IMG/VR virus record: IMGVR_UViG_3300009169_000024
Coordinates: 1 to 62,874 of that record
Length of the DNA stretch: 62,874 nt
DNA from: a virus
Lineage: Duplodnaviria > Caudoviricetes
Strand: one strand, 5' to 3'
Shown: in pieces, positions 35,327 through 47,200 of the stretch
How positions within the stretch are numbered: position 1 is the stretch's first letter
Layout of the letters: every line of letters starts with the position of its first letter
Translations under genes and position numbers: made by a program
The notes under the pieces: generated by a model
Database searches by the model: none
Seen by the model: only the letters and a program-made list of their open reading frames with translations
What the model was told of the DNA's origin: nothing

Positions 35327-36394
35327 ATGGCACGCAAGCGCCTGCGGATTGATGAGGGCGGCGGCGGTGCCGGTGGCAGCGGGGGTGGTGGAGGTGCCGC
35401 TGGCACCAGCGGTAGCACCGGCAACCTTGGGAAGCCGCAGCCAGCGGTCGTGACGAATGACGGGAGCGGACAAATGCCAGGACAAGTTACACCACAGCCA
35501 ATCCCCCAGACCGACATGCAGTTCCAGCATCCGGGTGGCTACACCGGCTCCGAAATGCCCTGGAACTACCCCGGCTCTGAGGCTCAGATGGGGCAGACGC
35601 CATCCTCCTACGGGGTCGGTGGCAGCTCCGTCATCCCCAGTGCGCAACAGTACGCCCAGCAGTTCGGGCAGGGGCTCATGGGCGATCTTCCTGGCCGGGA
35701 AGCCAACCCTCTGCAGTCCATGGACTTTGCCAACCACCCGGCCCTGCAGTCGGCAATGGAAGCCTTCAAGCAGACGACGCTGCCGACCATCTCCAACGCA
35801 ATGTCAGCAGCGGGGCTCGGGCGCTCGGGGGCCGCAGGGGCCGCAATCTCACAAGGCCAGGCACAGATGGCACTCCCGGTGATGCAGCAGCTCATGGACC
35901 TGGAGATGCAGGGCATGGGGCTCGGGGTGCAGCAGCGCGGACAGGACATCGGGGCGCTGCAGAACCAGCTTGGGCTGGGCATGCAGGCCCGTGGGCAGGA
36001 TGTCGGGGCTCTGCTCCAGGGCAGGGGCCAGGACATCGAGAGCATGCTCGGCGGCAGGGGCCAGGATCTCCAGGCCAGGGGCCAGACCCTGGATGCGCTC
36101 CTGGCGCAGTCCGGCCAGGGCCTCCAGGCAAGAGGCCAGGACATCGGGGCGATGCAGGCCGGGATGGGCGGGATGCTGCAGGGCGACCAGCAGGCGATGC
36201 AGCGATACCAGGCGGCGCTCGACGCCATGTCTGGGCTCGGCGGGACGCAGCGTTCCATCGAGGATGCCCGGCTCGGGGCCGAGTACGGCGAGCAAGAGCG
36301 GCAGTACGGGCTGGCCCGCGACCTTCTCTTCGGGCCGCTCGGGCAGCTGACACAGCAGGTCGGCAGCAGGACGACTCAGAGCGGAGGGAAGTAG
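35327..36394 (+). CDS. ejection/pilot-type protein with RGQD repeats
   Basis: AAGLGRSGA; about six RGQ(D/T) repeats; G/Q/M-rich. Confidence 0.7.
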   Translation: MARKRLRIDEGGGGAGGSGGGGGAAGTSGSTGNLGKPQPAVVTNDGSGQMPGQVTPQPIPQTDMQFQHPGGYTGSEMPWNYPGSEAQMGQTPSSYGVGGSSVIPSAQQYAQQFGQGLMGDLPGREANPLQSMDFANHPALQSAMEAFKQTTLPTISNAMSAAGLGRSGAAGAAISQGQAQMALPVMQQLMDLEMQGMGLGVQQRGQDIGALQNQLGLGMQARGQDVGALLQGRGQDIESMLGGRGQDLQARGQTLDALLAQSGQGLQARGQDIGAMQAGMGGMLQGDQQAMQRYQAALDAMSGLGGTQRSIEDARLGAEYGEQERQYGLARDLLFGPLGQLTQQVGSRTTQSGGK

Positions 36395-36396
36395 CC

Positions 36397-37029
36397 ATGG
36401 CCATGTGGTGGGAGATTGCAAAGGTAGCGGTCCCCATCGCAGCCGGGGTGGTGGGGACTCCAGCAGCGGGGGTTGCTGTCTCTGCCGCCATGCAGGGCGC
36501 GGATGCGCGGGCCAAGGGCGGCTCCTGGTCTGACGCTGGCAAGGCCGCACTGATCGGCGGCGGGCTGAGTGCGGCGACTGCAGGCATGGGCGGCGGGGCT
36601 GCTGGGGCCGGGCAGGCGATGGGCCAGGCTGCTGGCGCGGGGGCCGGGCAGGCCATGAGCAAGGCCGCTCAGGAAGCTCTCGCCCGTGAGCTGGCCGCGC
36701 AGACCGGAGAGCAGTTTGCAACCAACCTCGGCACTCAACTCGGGGCCGAGGGCATGAACCTCGGCGCTCAGCAGATGATCGTGCAGAGCGCAGCCGAAGC
36801 CGCCAAGACGCAGGGCATCACGTCAGCCGCTCAGGCACAGGCCGACAAGCTCCAGAAGTACGGCAACTACGCCACCGAAGCCAGCGATCTGCTGAAGGAG
36901 TTCCGTGGCGGGACGCAGCAGATGCTCGGACCTCAACAGCAGCAGGGCGGGCAGCAGTGGGTGCCGACAAGCAGCCAGATGTTCCCCTATCCCTACGACC
37001 AATACTTCCGCAGTGAGCCGAGGTACTAG
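36397..37029 (+). CDS. Ala/Gly-rich internal virion protein with hydrophobic N-terminus
   Basis: Gly-zipper-like VAVPIAAGVVGTPAAG..ALIGGGLSAA. Confidence 0.65.
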   Translation: MAMWWEIAKVAVPIAAGVVGTPAAGVAVSAAMQGADARAKGGSWSDAGKAALIGGGLSAATAGMGGGAAGAGQAMGQAAGAGAGQAMSKAAQEALARELAAQTGEQFATNLGTQLGAEGMNLGAQQMIVQSAAEAAKTQGITSAAQAQADKLQKYGNYATEASDLLKEFRGGTQQMLGPQQQQGGQQWVPTSSQMFPYPYDQYFRSEPRY

Positions 37030-37038
37030 GAGACAACT

Positions 37039-38235
37039 ATGGCCGAGGAACAGAAGAAGAAGCGGAGCAGGTTCGGGGAAGAGTTCCACGAGCTGTTTCC
37101 CCAGCTCATTTTGCCAGCAGCCCTCGGCCTGATCTCGTCGTACAACCCGCAGGCCACCGCTGGCGTGCGCACGGGTCTCGCCGCTGCTGACCTGTTCTCT
37201 GATCTGCGGGAGCGGAAGCGGCAGCAAGCCTTGGAAGAGACAGCCTCAGCTGGGATGACGGATTGGATTGAGCGAAGGAGAGAGGCCACTGCCAGGGCTG
37301 AGGACGATCTGCGGACAGCGAAGGGGACGGAAAACCTCGTTGCCACGTTGGAGAACACCGGGAAGTCTAGGCCGGGCGGGGCCACAATTGCAGTTGCCTT
37401 CCCGCCCGGATCGACAGAGCGGGAGCAGGCCGACCAAGTTCCCTACTTCCATGAGGCCGTTCAGCTTCCACAAGCCGGGGGCGCAGCATCGCTGCCTGCG
37501 TTCGCTGGCCTTGAGCCGTTCGGCAACCTGGTGAACGAGCCGATGGGCCAGGAGCTGCTGCCGATTGCCAAGGAGCAGGCGGATGTCAGCGAGATGCAGC
37601 CCAGCTATGACTTCCTCGACATCATGGGGGCGCAGTCCATCCTCAACCCTGCCGCTGCGGCGAGCCAGGCTGGCTGGTGGCAGTACCAGGAACAGGGACA
37701 CATGAACGAGATGGAGCGCATGATCGGGCAGTACCATCTCATGGACCTGAGCGACGCTTCGCGGCACCACCTGAAGACCGCCGAGATCAAGCTGAGAGCT
37801 GGCGAGCGAGTCGCAGCGGAGCGCGAGCTGGCGCTGATCCACCCCCCGAAGCCGGTTGTGTACGGCGGCGGGGCGCTCGTTCCCAAGTCTGTAGAGAAGG
37901 ACTACACGCTGTACCCAACCCCGCCGAGTGCTGGCGGACGCGCCGGGGTGAACGCTTACCTGAGCGAGCCAATGGAGAAGTGGACAGACGCACAACTGGA
38001 CCGCTTCATCATCACCCAGACGAAAGATGCCGCCGCCATCGAAAAGAACATTGGTGATACAAACGAAGAGGTAGTGCAACAGACATGGGCATTGCTCACT
38101 GAAGCGCTGGCTGAGCGCGAGCGGCGTCGCCGGCCAGCCGGTGGTGTTGTGCAGCCGCCGCCTCCTCCTCCTCCTCGCGGCACCACTACGACGCAGCCGC
38201 CGTCGGACATCCCGGCAGAGTTCCTGGGAGGGTGA
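37039..38235 (+). CDS. internal virion protein
   Basis: Position before the giant gene; RBS AGGAG; LILPAALGLIS hydrophobic patch. Confidence 0.65.
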   Translation: MAEEQKKKRSRFGEEFHELFPQLILPAALGLISSYNPQATAGVRTGLAAADLFSDLRERKRQQALEETASAGMTDWIERRREATARAEDDLRTAKGTENLVATLENTGKSRPGGATIAVAFPPGSTEREQADQVPYFHEAVQLPQAGGAASLPAFAGLEPFGNLVNEPMGQELLPIAKEQADVSEMQPSYDFLDIMGAQSILNPAAAASQAGWWQYQEQGHMNEMERMIGQYHLMDLSDASRHHLKTAEIKLRAGERVAAERELALIHPPKPVVYGGGALVPKSVEKDYTLYPTPPSAGGRAGVNAYLSEPMEKWTDAQLDRFIITQTKDAAAIEKNIGDTNEEVVQQTWALLTEALAERERRRRPAGGVVQPPPPPPPRGTTTTQPPSDIPAEFLGG

Positions 38236-41200
38236 CGATGCCAGCCCCGCTTCCTCCGGCCCCCGGCTTCACCGATCCGCAGCAGACTGGCACGACCGAG
38301 GAAGACTGGCTGTACTTCAAATCGCCGGAGTACACGGAGCTGCCGCTGCCGCAGAAGCTCGCGGCGTTCAACAAGGTGGCGAGGCGGAGCAACACCTACG
38401 CCACCATGCCGTGGGGTGACAGGGAGAAGCTGCGCACCAAGGTTCTCGGAGTCAACAACACCTTCGATGTCTTCAAGCACGAGTCCTTCCAAACCCTGGA
38501 GACCGTGGACCAGAACGATCTCTTCAACAGCTACGTCCAGGGGTCTCCGACATGGGAGGGGCTCGACACTGAGAAGAAGCAGAAGGCTCGCGCCAAGTGG
38601 GTGCCTGCCTTCGCCGCTGGTCAGAAGCAGCAGAAGATCCAGGAGACGCTACGGGCTGGCATCGAGCGTCAGAACACGCTCCCTGGCATAGACATCGAGA
38701 TGCCCAAGAGCCTGCAGCCGCAGGTCGAGGCAGAGCCGTCCGCAGAGGAGTTCGAGCGCCGGGTCTACTACGCCTCCATCGGGCGCAGCATCGACGAGGA
38801 GGGGAACCTCAACATCCCGCGCCGTGGGGCGGAGCCGGTCCAAGTTCCAGCCTACGTCTTCGCCATGCCTGGGATGTCGGTAGCTGAGCAGCAGGGGATG
38901 GGCGATGCCGTCGTCCAGCAGCTGAACGACCCGGAGGTGTCCCGCTGGTGGGAGTTCACCAAGCGGCAGCAGAAGGCTCTCGCCTCGAATCCTGAGTTCA
39001 AGCCGGAGGATCTGAGCGCCTTGGAGAGAGCTGGGAAAGGTCTCACTGCCGGGATGGCGCGGATGGCTTCGACGCCCGTGACTGCCTGGTCGATGATGCA
39101 GGCCGCTCACGGCATGCCGAAGGCGGCAGAGGAGACCACAAAGAAGGCCCAGAAGATCAGCGGGGTGATGGCAGAGGGCGGCTATCGTCCGCTCCGAATG
39201 TCCGACTACTCCGGTGGCGATGTCGCAGGCTGGACGACGGCTCTCTTGGAAGGTGTTGCCACCACTCTGCCGACAACCGCCGCTGCGGCTACCGTCGGAG
39301 CCGTGACTGGCGGCATGGGAGCGCCGCCACTTCTTGGCAGCATGGCCGCTGGAGCAGCGCTCGAAATCCCGATGATCTACCAGGATGTGTACGAGGCCAC
39401 CGGCAAACTGGAACCTGGGCTGGCCTTCGGACTCGGAGCGGTTGCCGGAGCGCTTGAAGGCATTGGTGCCGGGGGGATGGCGAAGCGCATGATGGCAGCT
39501 GGCGTCCCGCGCAGCGCCATCAGCAGGGCGCTCGTGAAGATGGCGAGTGGCAAAGAGCTGCTCAAGGACATGGGCCAAGAGTCTCTGACTGAATTCGCGC
39601 AGACATTCCCAGAGGCGCTGGCCATGGCCATCGCAGAAGACCCCACCATGAAGATGGACTTCGAGACTGCCAAGGCGTTTGTGGCGAAGACAGCGCCGGA
39701 GGCAGCCGAGTCCGGGGTCACCGGGTTCTTCACCCCGCTCGCCATCTCCGGCCCGGCGATGATAAGGCAGGACATCCGGGCGCGTCAGCCTCTGCCAATC
39801 GACCAGGCTGAGGTGGACGCTGTTGCCAGGGCCAGCATGAGGCCGACCGGACAGGGCCAGCTCATCATCGACACGGAGGAAGTCGGCGGGGTCCGCGCTC
39901 CCTCGATCCCAGGTGCCGCCCTCGGGCCGGAGGCGATGGAAGCGGGCCGAGCCAGGGCCGCTGCAGAGCAAGGGGCGTACCGCGAGCAGGTCACCGCCGA
40001 GGACGCAGCGCAGGCCCAGGCCGACATCGACGCCTACCGGGAGCGGGCCAGGGCCAGGGGGGCCGAGGAGCCGGAGGTCCAGCTCAACGAGCGGATGAAC
40101 ACGCTCGGGCCGGATGACCAGGCGCAGGTACGGGACCGCACCACCGAGCTGATGGCGCAGATGCGGGCGAGGTTCGTTGAGCAGTTCGGGGAGGAGCGCG
40201 TCACCCCAGCCATCGAGCAGAACATCACCCGTCGAGCCTGGGACCAGGCGCTCACCGAGATGAACGCGCAGCCTGCCCCTCGGCCTGAAGTCGTCGGCCC
40301 GACCGGCGAGTCGCTGACTGCCCCAGAGCCGCTGCCTGCTGGCCCTGTGATCGTGCCTGGCCGGGTGCAGGATGAACGCCTGGCGGAAGAGACAGCGCAG
40401 CGTAGGGCGGCTCAGGTGCGGGGCATGGCGGCGCAGCAGATCGTTGATGACTACCGCGCCCGTGGTGCCTTCCCGCGCATCCCGATGGTGATTGCCGGGG
40501 AGCGCAAGCGCGAGTCGGAGGAGATGGGCAACCAGATCCTCGACAAGCTCAACCGGGACGACACGCTGCAGCTGGGCCTGGCGGACCTGAAGGTGCTCGG
40601 AGACCAGTACGAGGATGCACTCCAGCATTACCTCAACCTGAACGCTCAGCGGCAGGCCAGAGACCGAGAGATAGACGCCCAGATGGATAGACTCATCGAC
40701 CAGATTGACAGGACGGTGATCGGGTCGAAGCGCCAAGTTGCCCTGCAGCAGGAGATTGACAACCTCCACAAATCATATCTTGACGAGACGTTCAATGAGA
40801 CCGAGGAGGAGGCAGACGCCAGGGAGCGGCTGAGCCTGATCGAGGATGCGCATGCGCACATCATGGATCGCCTCACCCCTGACATGACGCCTCACCTTGC
40901 CGACAACCTCAACCGCATCGCGCAGGGATCGCTGCGCTGGGCGTCGAGGGTCTACGAGGCCAACGGCATGACCACGGCTGCGACCGTGGCGGGCCTCATG
41001 GCTGACAGCCCGCAGAACATCCGAGGCATCTCCGAGCAGACGATCAACGAGATCATCGAGGAGGCTCGCGGCATCGCGCAGGAGGGCATCGAGGAAGACC
41101 AGCGGATGGCCAATCCGCGCAAGCTGAAGAACTCCCAGTGGAAGAAGCTCGCAATGGAAGCCACGACTGCGCCCGAGGTTGCGGCGCTGCGGCGGGAGTA

Positions 41201-44200
41201 CATGGCGGCACCGAAGCGTGGGCAGCAGGGGCGCTATGACCAGGGTCTGCTCAACTTCTTCAACGAGCGGATGCTGGAGCTTCCACTGCGGACGGCGGCA
41301 GAGACCGAGGAACTCATCAGGGACGAGACGGGAGTCACCCGAGAACGCACTGAAGAAACTGAAGAAATTGAGGAAACTGGGGCGGAGCTACCTTCCGAAG
41401 AAGCGGCGGCGGCGGTCGATGAGGTGGTCCAACCTGAGCAAGAAATTGAAACCGCAAAGGAAGGTACTCCGCCCGGTCCTACTACCACGACGACGGTCCC
41501 GCCGACCGTCTTCACCACGACCACTACCACCGAAGGGGCTCGCCCCGGCAAGCGAGCCAGGAGGAAGCAGAACCGAGCGCGGTCATTCTGGGAGAGCAAG
41601 CTGAACGCGGCGAAGACGCCGGAGGCGGTCGAGGCTCTCCGCGAGCAGATGCCAGACAACCTCCCCGGTGACACGGCGCAACAGATGTTCGACCAGCGCA
41701 TGGCTGACGTGACGAAGACTCAGCCGCCAGCTCCGAAGCGGAGGGGCCGCGCCAAGCGTGCGGCAGCCCCGGCAGTTGAGCCAGCCCCGGTCGCAGCAGA
41801 GGAGCCAGCCGCAGCACCCGAGGCCGAGGCCGAGCCGGAGGTTGTCGAAGAAGCCCCCAAAAAGCCAGCCAAGAAGAAGGGCAAGAAGCACAACACCCGC
41901 AAGCCGTCCGCTCCTCGGCAGGCAGCGCCGACTCCGCAGGCCCCGCCGAAGCCGAAGGGCAAGACCTCTCGTCGCTTCGTCCGCGCCATCGAGAACGCAG
42001 ATCGGGAGTCCGACCTGTCCAACGTCATGGTCGTCTACCTGCAGAAGGTGGCGGAGGGGAAGAGGGACGAGGCCGTCTTCCACGCATACGAGGTCAGGGC
42101 TCGACAGCTGCACAACGACGCTCGGTACGGGAAGGTCGGCCTTGTCCAGGAATCGGAGCCACTGACGGAGCCGCTCAACCCGGCGAAGATCAAGGGGCTC
42201 CAGGTCGGCAGGCCGGGGGAGGCAGTGACAGCTCCGCGCTTGCCACTGACGCCTACTGGAGAGCGGCGTGGTCCGCGAGCCCCCATCCCACTTGAGCGCC
42301 CGAGCCCGGAGTTCCTCCGCACGAGGTTTGCGCAGCTCCAGAAGGAGATGGCTGAAGTTCTGGCCAGGATCGAGGACCGCCTGGATGCGATCAACGAGTC
42401 CGAGATGCTCGGCCCAACGGCCAAGGTGGCGGCGCATGAAGCCCTGATGGACATGACCGGCCCGCACTGGGCGCTCTACCGCAAGCTGAACGCCCGGCGC
42501 ATTAGGGCCGCAAAGCTGCTGTCCGATGCTCTCGTCGAGGACGGCGGCGTCTCGTTGATTGGGCAGGAGCTGGCGAAGGACGGCGATGCCCGCTACCTGA
42601 AGCTGGCCGAGCTGGCCCAGGTGCTACGGGACAACAGGTGGGAGACGCTGCGCATCGTCTACGTGGACGCCAACGGCATCATCATGGACATTGCGTCGCA
42701 GACCGTGCGAGCCCCTGGTGGAGCGCCCCTGATCCCATACCCGAGCGATGCCAAGCGGGCGCGGCAGGGTGACAAGGCTCCTGATCTGTATAGTGGCATC
42801 GGGAAGAAGTGGGCGGACGACATCCGCAAGAAGGCCAAGCGACTCGGCGCTTCAGGGGTTTACTTCGTCCACAACCATCCGCACTCAGAGACGAATAACC
42901 TGATGTCTACTCCAGACATCTCGGCAACCGTTCTCGTCCATGACGATCTGCTCGGTGATCTCCTCATTGGCCACGTGCTCATCAACGACCGCGTCGGGCA
43001 GTACATCCCTGGTGATATTTCTCAGATGGCTGGCCTACAGAAGGACTGGCCAACTGCAGAGAAGCTCAGCCGCCTCCGGCAGCTTGTCGTCTCTTACGAC
43101 TTGCGGGATTCAGTCGAGCGAGTCCCTCCCAAGCAGGGCAAGGGGCCTGGCTTTGGTGTCGCGGTCGAAGGTTACACGCTCGCCCCGACTGTCAAAGAGG
43201 ATGGGACGCCGCTGGCCTTTGACGATCCAGACGAAGCCAATGACTTCTGGGAGGACAGAGGGCTCACGCTCGGGGAAATCGCGAAGGATCTGGAACAGGC
43301 AGGGATGGATGACGAACATCTCTGGGTCGTCTTCACCGCCTTCGTAATCAAGGATGGGGAGAACGTCGAGGAGACTCTCCACGCCGTGCCATTCAGGAGA
43401 GAGGCATTCAGCTTTGAGCCGCTCGCTGCGGACTGGTCAGGCGACACCATGGCGGCAGAGTCGCAGGCTGACGCATTGGCCGGGACAATCCGTGGAATGG
43501 CTCGTGACCTCGGGGCGCATGGCGCTATCGTTGTCGGCATGAGCAACATGGACGAGGAACTCCTGGATGTCCTCGGCAACTACTACAGAACCGGGCTCAT
43601 CACTGATGTCTACTTCCTGGATGCCCCGGATGCTACAGCCTCATCGCTGGGCGGTGGATTTGCCGAAGGTGGACAGATGGGCAGGGCTGGACACATCCCG
43701 GCCTTGATGGTTGGCGCGTCTGGCAGAGGGATACCAACCCCACCGACCGGCCCCGGCTGGGCGACCAGAGGGGCGGCAGCGCCACCGGCTGCGCCTGCCG
43801 CCCCGGCTGCGCCCGCAGCACCAGCGGCCCCCGCAGCTCAGCCTGCGCCCGCCGCCCCCGGCACGGCCCCTACCGTCACGCGGGGTCAGGGTCTCCGTGA
43901 TCTGGCTGGTCTGCCCAGGCTCGGGGCTGACCGCACGCTGGCCGACCGCTTCCTCCACCGCATCTTCCGCAAGGGTCCGCAGGGTTGGGAGAGCCCGCTG
44001 CGAGCCAAGGTCATGCGCACCCTGCGCGACCAGTTCAACATCCACGGCGGGGACATCCCGAAGGGCGTGGCCAGGCTGCTCGAAGAGCGCGAGTATGCGA
44101 AGGAGCATGCCCGCCTCGACAGCCGGGCGACGCAGGCCAGGCTGACCAACGTCATCAACAACCTCAAGCAGGCCGGGCATGCCGAGGAGCAAGTCCGAGA

Positions 44201-47200
44201 TGCGATCAGGATGGTGACGGAGGGGACGATGACACCGGGCGAGCTGGCCACTCGGCTCGACGTGCCGATGGACAACCCGCTCATCAGGGTGCTGGAGGGA
44301 ATTCACCAGGAGCACCTCGACTGGCAGCAGGCGATAGCGAACTGGAGAGGCATGAGCCCTGAGTTGAAGCAGACCATCGAGGAGCAGGTCTACTACCAGA
44401 CCCGCTTCTACCAGCGGTGGCTGCTCGGTGACTACTTCATCCCAAACGACGCCGATTTCCAGCAGGCCCGGCAGGTGATGGAGGACGACCTGGTGGAGGA
44501 GATCAACCAGGTCATGCGCAGGGCTGGTGATCTGCGGGGCATCCGCCAGCCGGTGGATGTCGCCGCCTACCTGGAGACCGGCGACGACACCTTGCTCGCC
44601 AACCTGTCTGCCAGCAGGCAAGCCTCGATCCGTGGCTTGCGCAACCACTACATGCAGCTGGCCGACCTGGTACATGGCATCCAGCGTGGTCCGAACAACA
44701 CCTACCAGGCGATCCTGGATCTCGGTGAGATCCACGACGTGGCGCTCAAGGCGGTCAACTCCTACCTCCAGCAGGACCCGGTTGGGCCGGAGACCACGAG
44801 CGGAGTCGGCACCTCGAACTTCATCCACCGCAAGCTGACCGAGGCGTTCCGCAAGCTCTACGGCGAGGTGGTGGACCCGACCTACCGGGAACCGGCGACC
44901 GTCGAGGTTCAGCAGAACATCCTCGCCACCATGGTCCTGATGGAGAAGCTCTTCCAAGAGGGGGCGAACGCTGGCTGGTGGACAACCCGACGCAGCGGCA
45001 CGCACTCGATCCAGCTCGGCAGCGAGACCAACCGCCGTGACCAGCTGCGCTACGGCCCCATGGCTGGGAAGTGGGTGACGCCAGGCATAGCGAAGTCGCT
45101 TGAGTCCAAGATGCCGAGCAACAGCCTGGCATCCAAGCTCGCCTCCATCCTCTGGCTCGGGCCGCAGGCCGGGATGCGGGCGACCAAGCTGCTGTGGGCC
45201 AAGACGATTGGCAGGAATGCGGCGACCTCAGTCTTCGGCCAGGCGCTCAGTGCTGGCGATCTCTACTACGAGGGGTTCTGGAGCCACCTCGCGGATGGCA
45301 TTGCCATCGCATGGAAGGCCAACCCCCTCGCCAACATCGGGCCGGATGTCACGCTCCACGGAATCAAGCCGGGGCAGAAGAACGTCTGGGCCATGGACAA
45401 GGTGGCGGAGGCTGCGAAGGAAGGCTACTACTCGCACAAGGCACAGTCCCTATCGCATGGTGTGAGGGCCATCATCGAGAGCCCGCTGTTCTCACCCTTC
45501 GGGCTCAGCGGCAAGATGAAGAACTTCCTCCAGCATGCGATGGAGGCATACGCGCTGATCGACTTCCCGGTGAAGTACGCCGCCTACAAGACCCACCTCG
45601 AAGAGTATGAGAAGGCGAAAGTCCCAACGGAGAAGGCGAAGGCCGGGGCCAGGGACTGGGTGGCGAGGCACTACCAGAACCGGCACCGTGGCCCGAAGGC
45701 GATAGACACCATAGCCCTGGTGCCTGGGGCCGACTACGTGGGCTACACCTACGACAGCGGCAGGATGCTGGCAAACGGGGCGCACACCGCCATCACGCAT
45801 GCGTTCAAGGGCGACCCCGTGATGCCGAACAAGGAGATCAACCTCCGGCCACTGGTCGGGTTCCTCAGCGCCAGGCTCATGCCGCTCGCCGCTCTCGGTG
45901 GTGGCAACTGGCTCTACAACACGGCGTTCCGCCCGATGCTCACCGATGCCTGGTCCGGCTTCGCATCCCAGACCGAGGGCGCAGGCAAGATGGCGGACGA
46001 GATCCTCAGCTACTTCTTCCCGCATGACGACGAGGACAAGGAGAAGAAGGTCGTCAAGCGCACGCCGCTGACGAACGAGGAGATGGTTGCCTTCCGCAAG
46101 TTCATGCCTGACTTCGACGCCAACATGAACACGCTGGCCTGGAAGACGGAGTATGAGGACGGCACGTTCGATGTCAGCTACACAGCCATGAACGGCAACA
46201 CAGCCTTCCCGGTGGAGGAGTGGATCTCGGGCGCGTTGCAGACTTCCATGGAAGGCGGCACCCCGTTCTGGAAGGCGCTGCTCAACAACATGGCGCAGAA
46301 CCTCGGGCCTGGCATGTACCTGCAGGAGCAGTGGGAACTGTGGACTGGGCAGGATACCGCGTTCGATGTTGACCGGGAGGGCATCGGGGAGCTGATCGGC
46401 TCCCGCATGGCTGGCCACCCGAACAAGGAAGAGGGCCGGATTGCGAAGGAGCGGATGTCTCACTTCCTCATCAACGTGATGACCGGGCAGCTGGGGCCGA
46501 CCATCCAGTACACCGCCGACTACGTGAAGCGGCAGAAGCTCGGGCAGAAGGCGCAGCCCAGCAGCATGATCGCGCCGAAGTCGCTGCATGATGTGCGGCA
46601 GAAGTTCACCCGGTTCGTCCGCACCTACCACTACGACAAGGACGACCTCACCCGGCTGCTGAGCTACCAGGTTGCTCCGCTCGCTGAGGACATCCACACC
46701 AACAAGTACAACGCCGGGGCGCAGAAGCGTGCCGAGGTGGACCGTGGGGTCGCCACTCAGGAGGACATCGCTCGCTCCATCTCCGGGCGCAAGGAGCTGG
46801 CTCGGGACCGCATGAAGGCCCACGAGCTGGTCCGCGCCTTCAGGAGCCTGCCTGCCACCAAGGAGATCGACGACAGGCGGCTGGCCCTCACGCTACAGGC
46901 AGCCGGGGCTAAGAAGCGGGCACCCTTCAGCACCGAAGAGGCGATGGCGATTGTCACCGGGGAGTTCGACAAGCTGAAGCCGTGGGAATCGCAGGCGAAG
47001 CCGACCTACGCTGGCACTGGCGAGGACGTGGCGGTCAAGTACATGGAGGAGAACTGGGGCCACATCAGCTACTCAGAGTTGCAGAAGCTGATGATCGAGC
47101 AGGGCTACAAGGTGGAGCCGGACATCAGGAAGTTCAAGGACTGGGCGAAGGACAAGTATGCGAAGTGGAAGAAGGTTGGAAAGACGTTTGGGGAAGAGGA

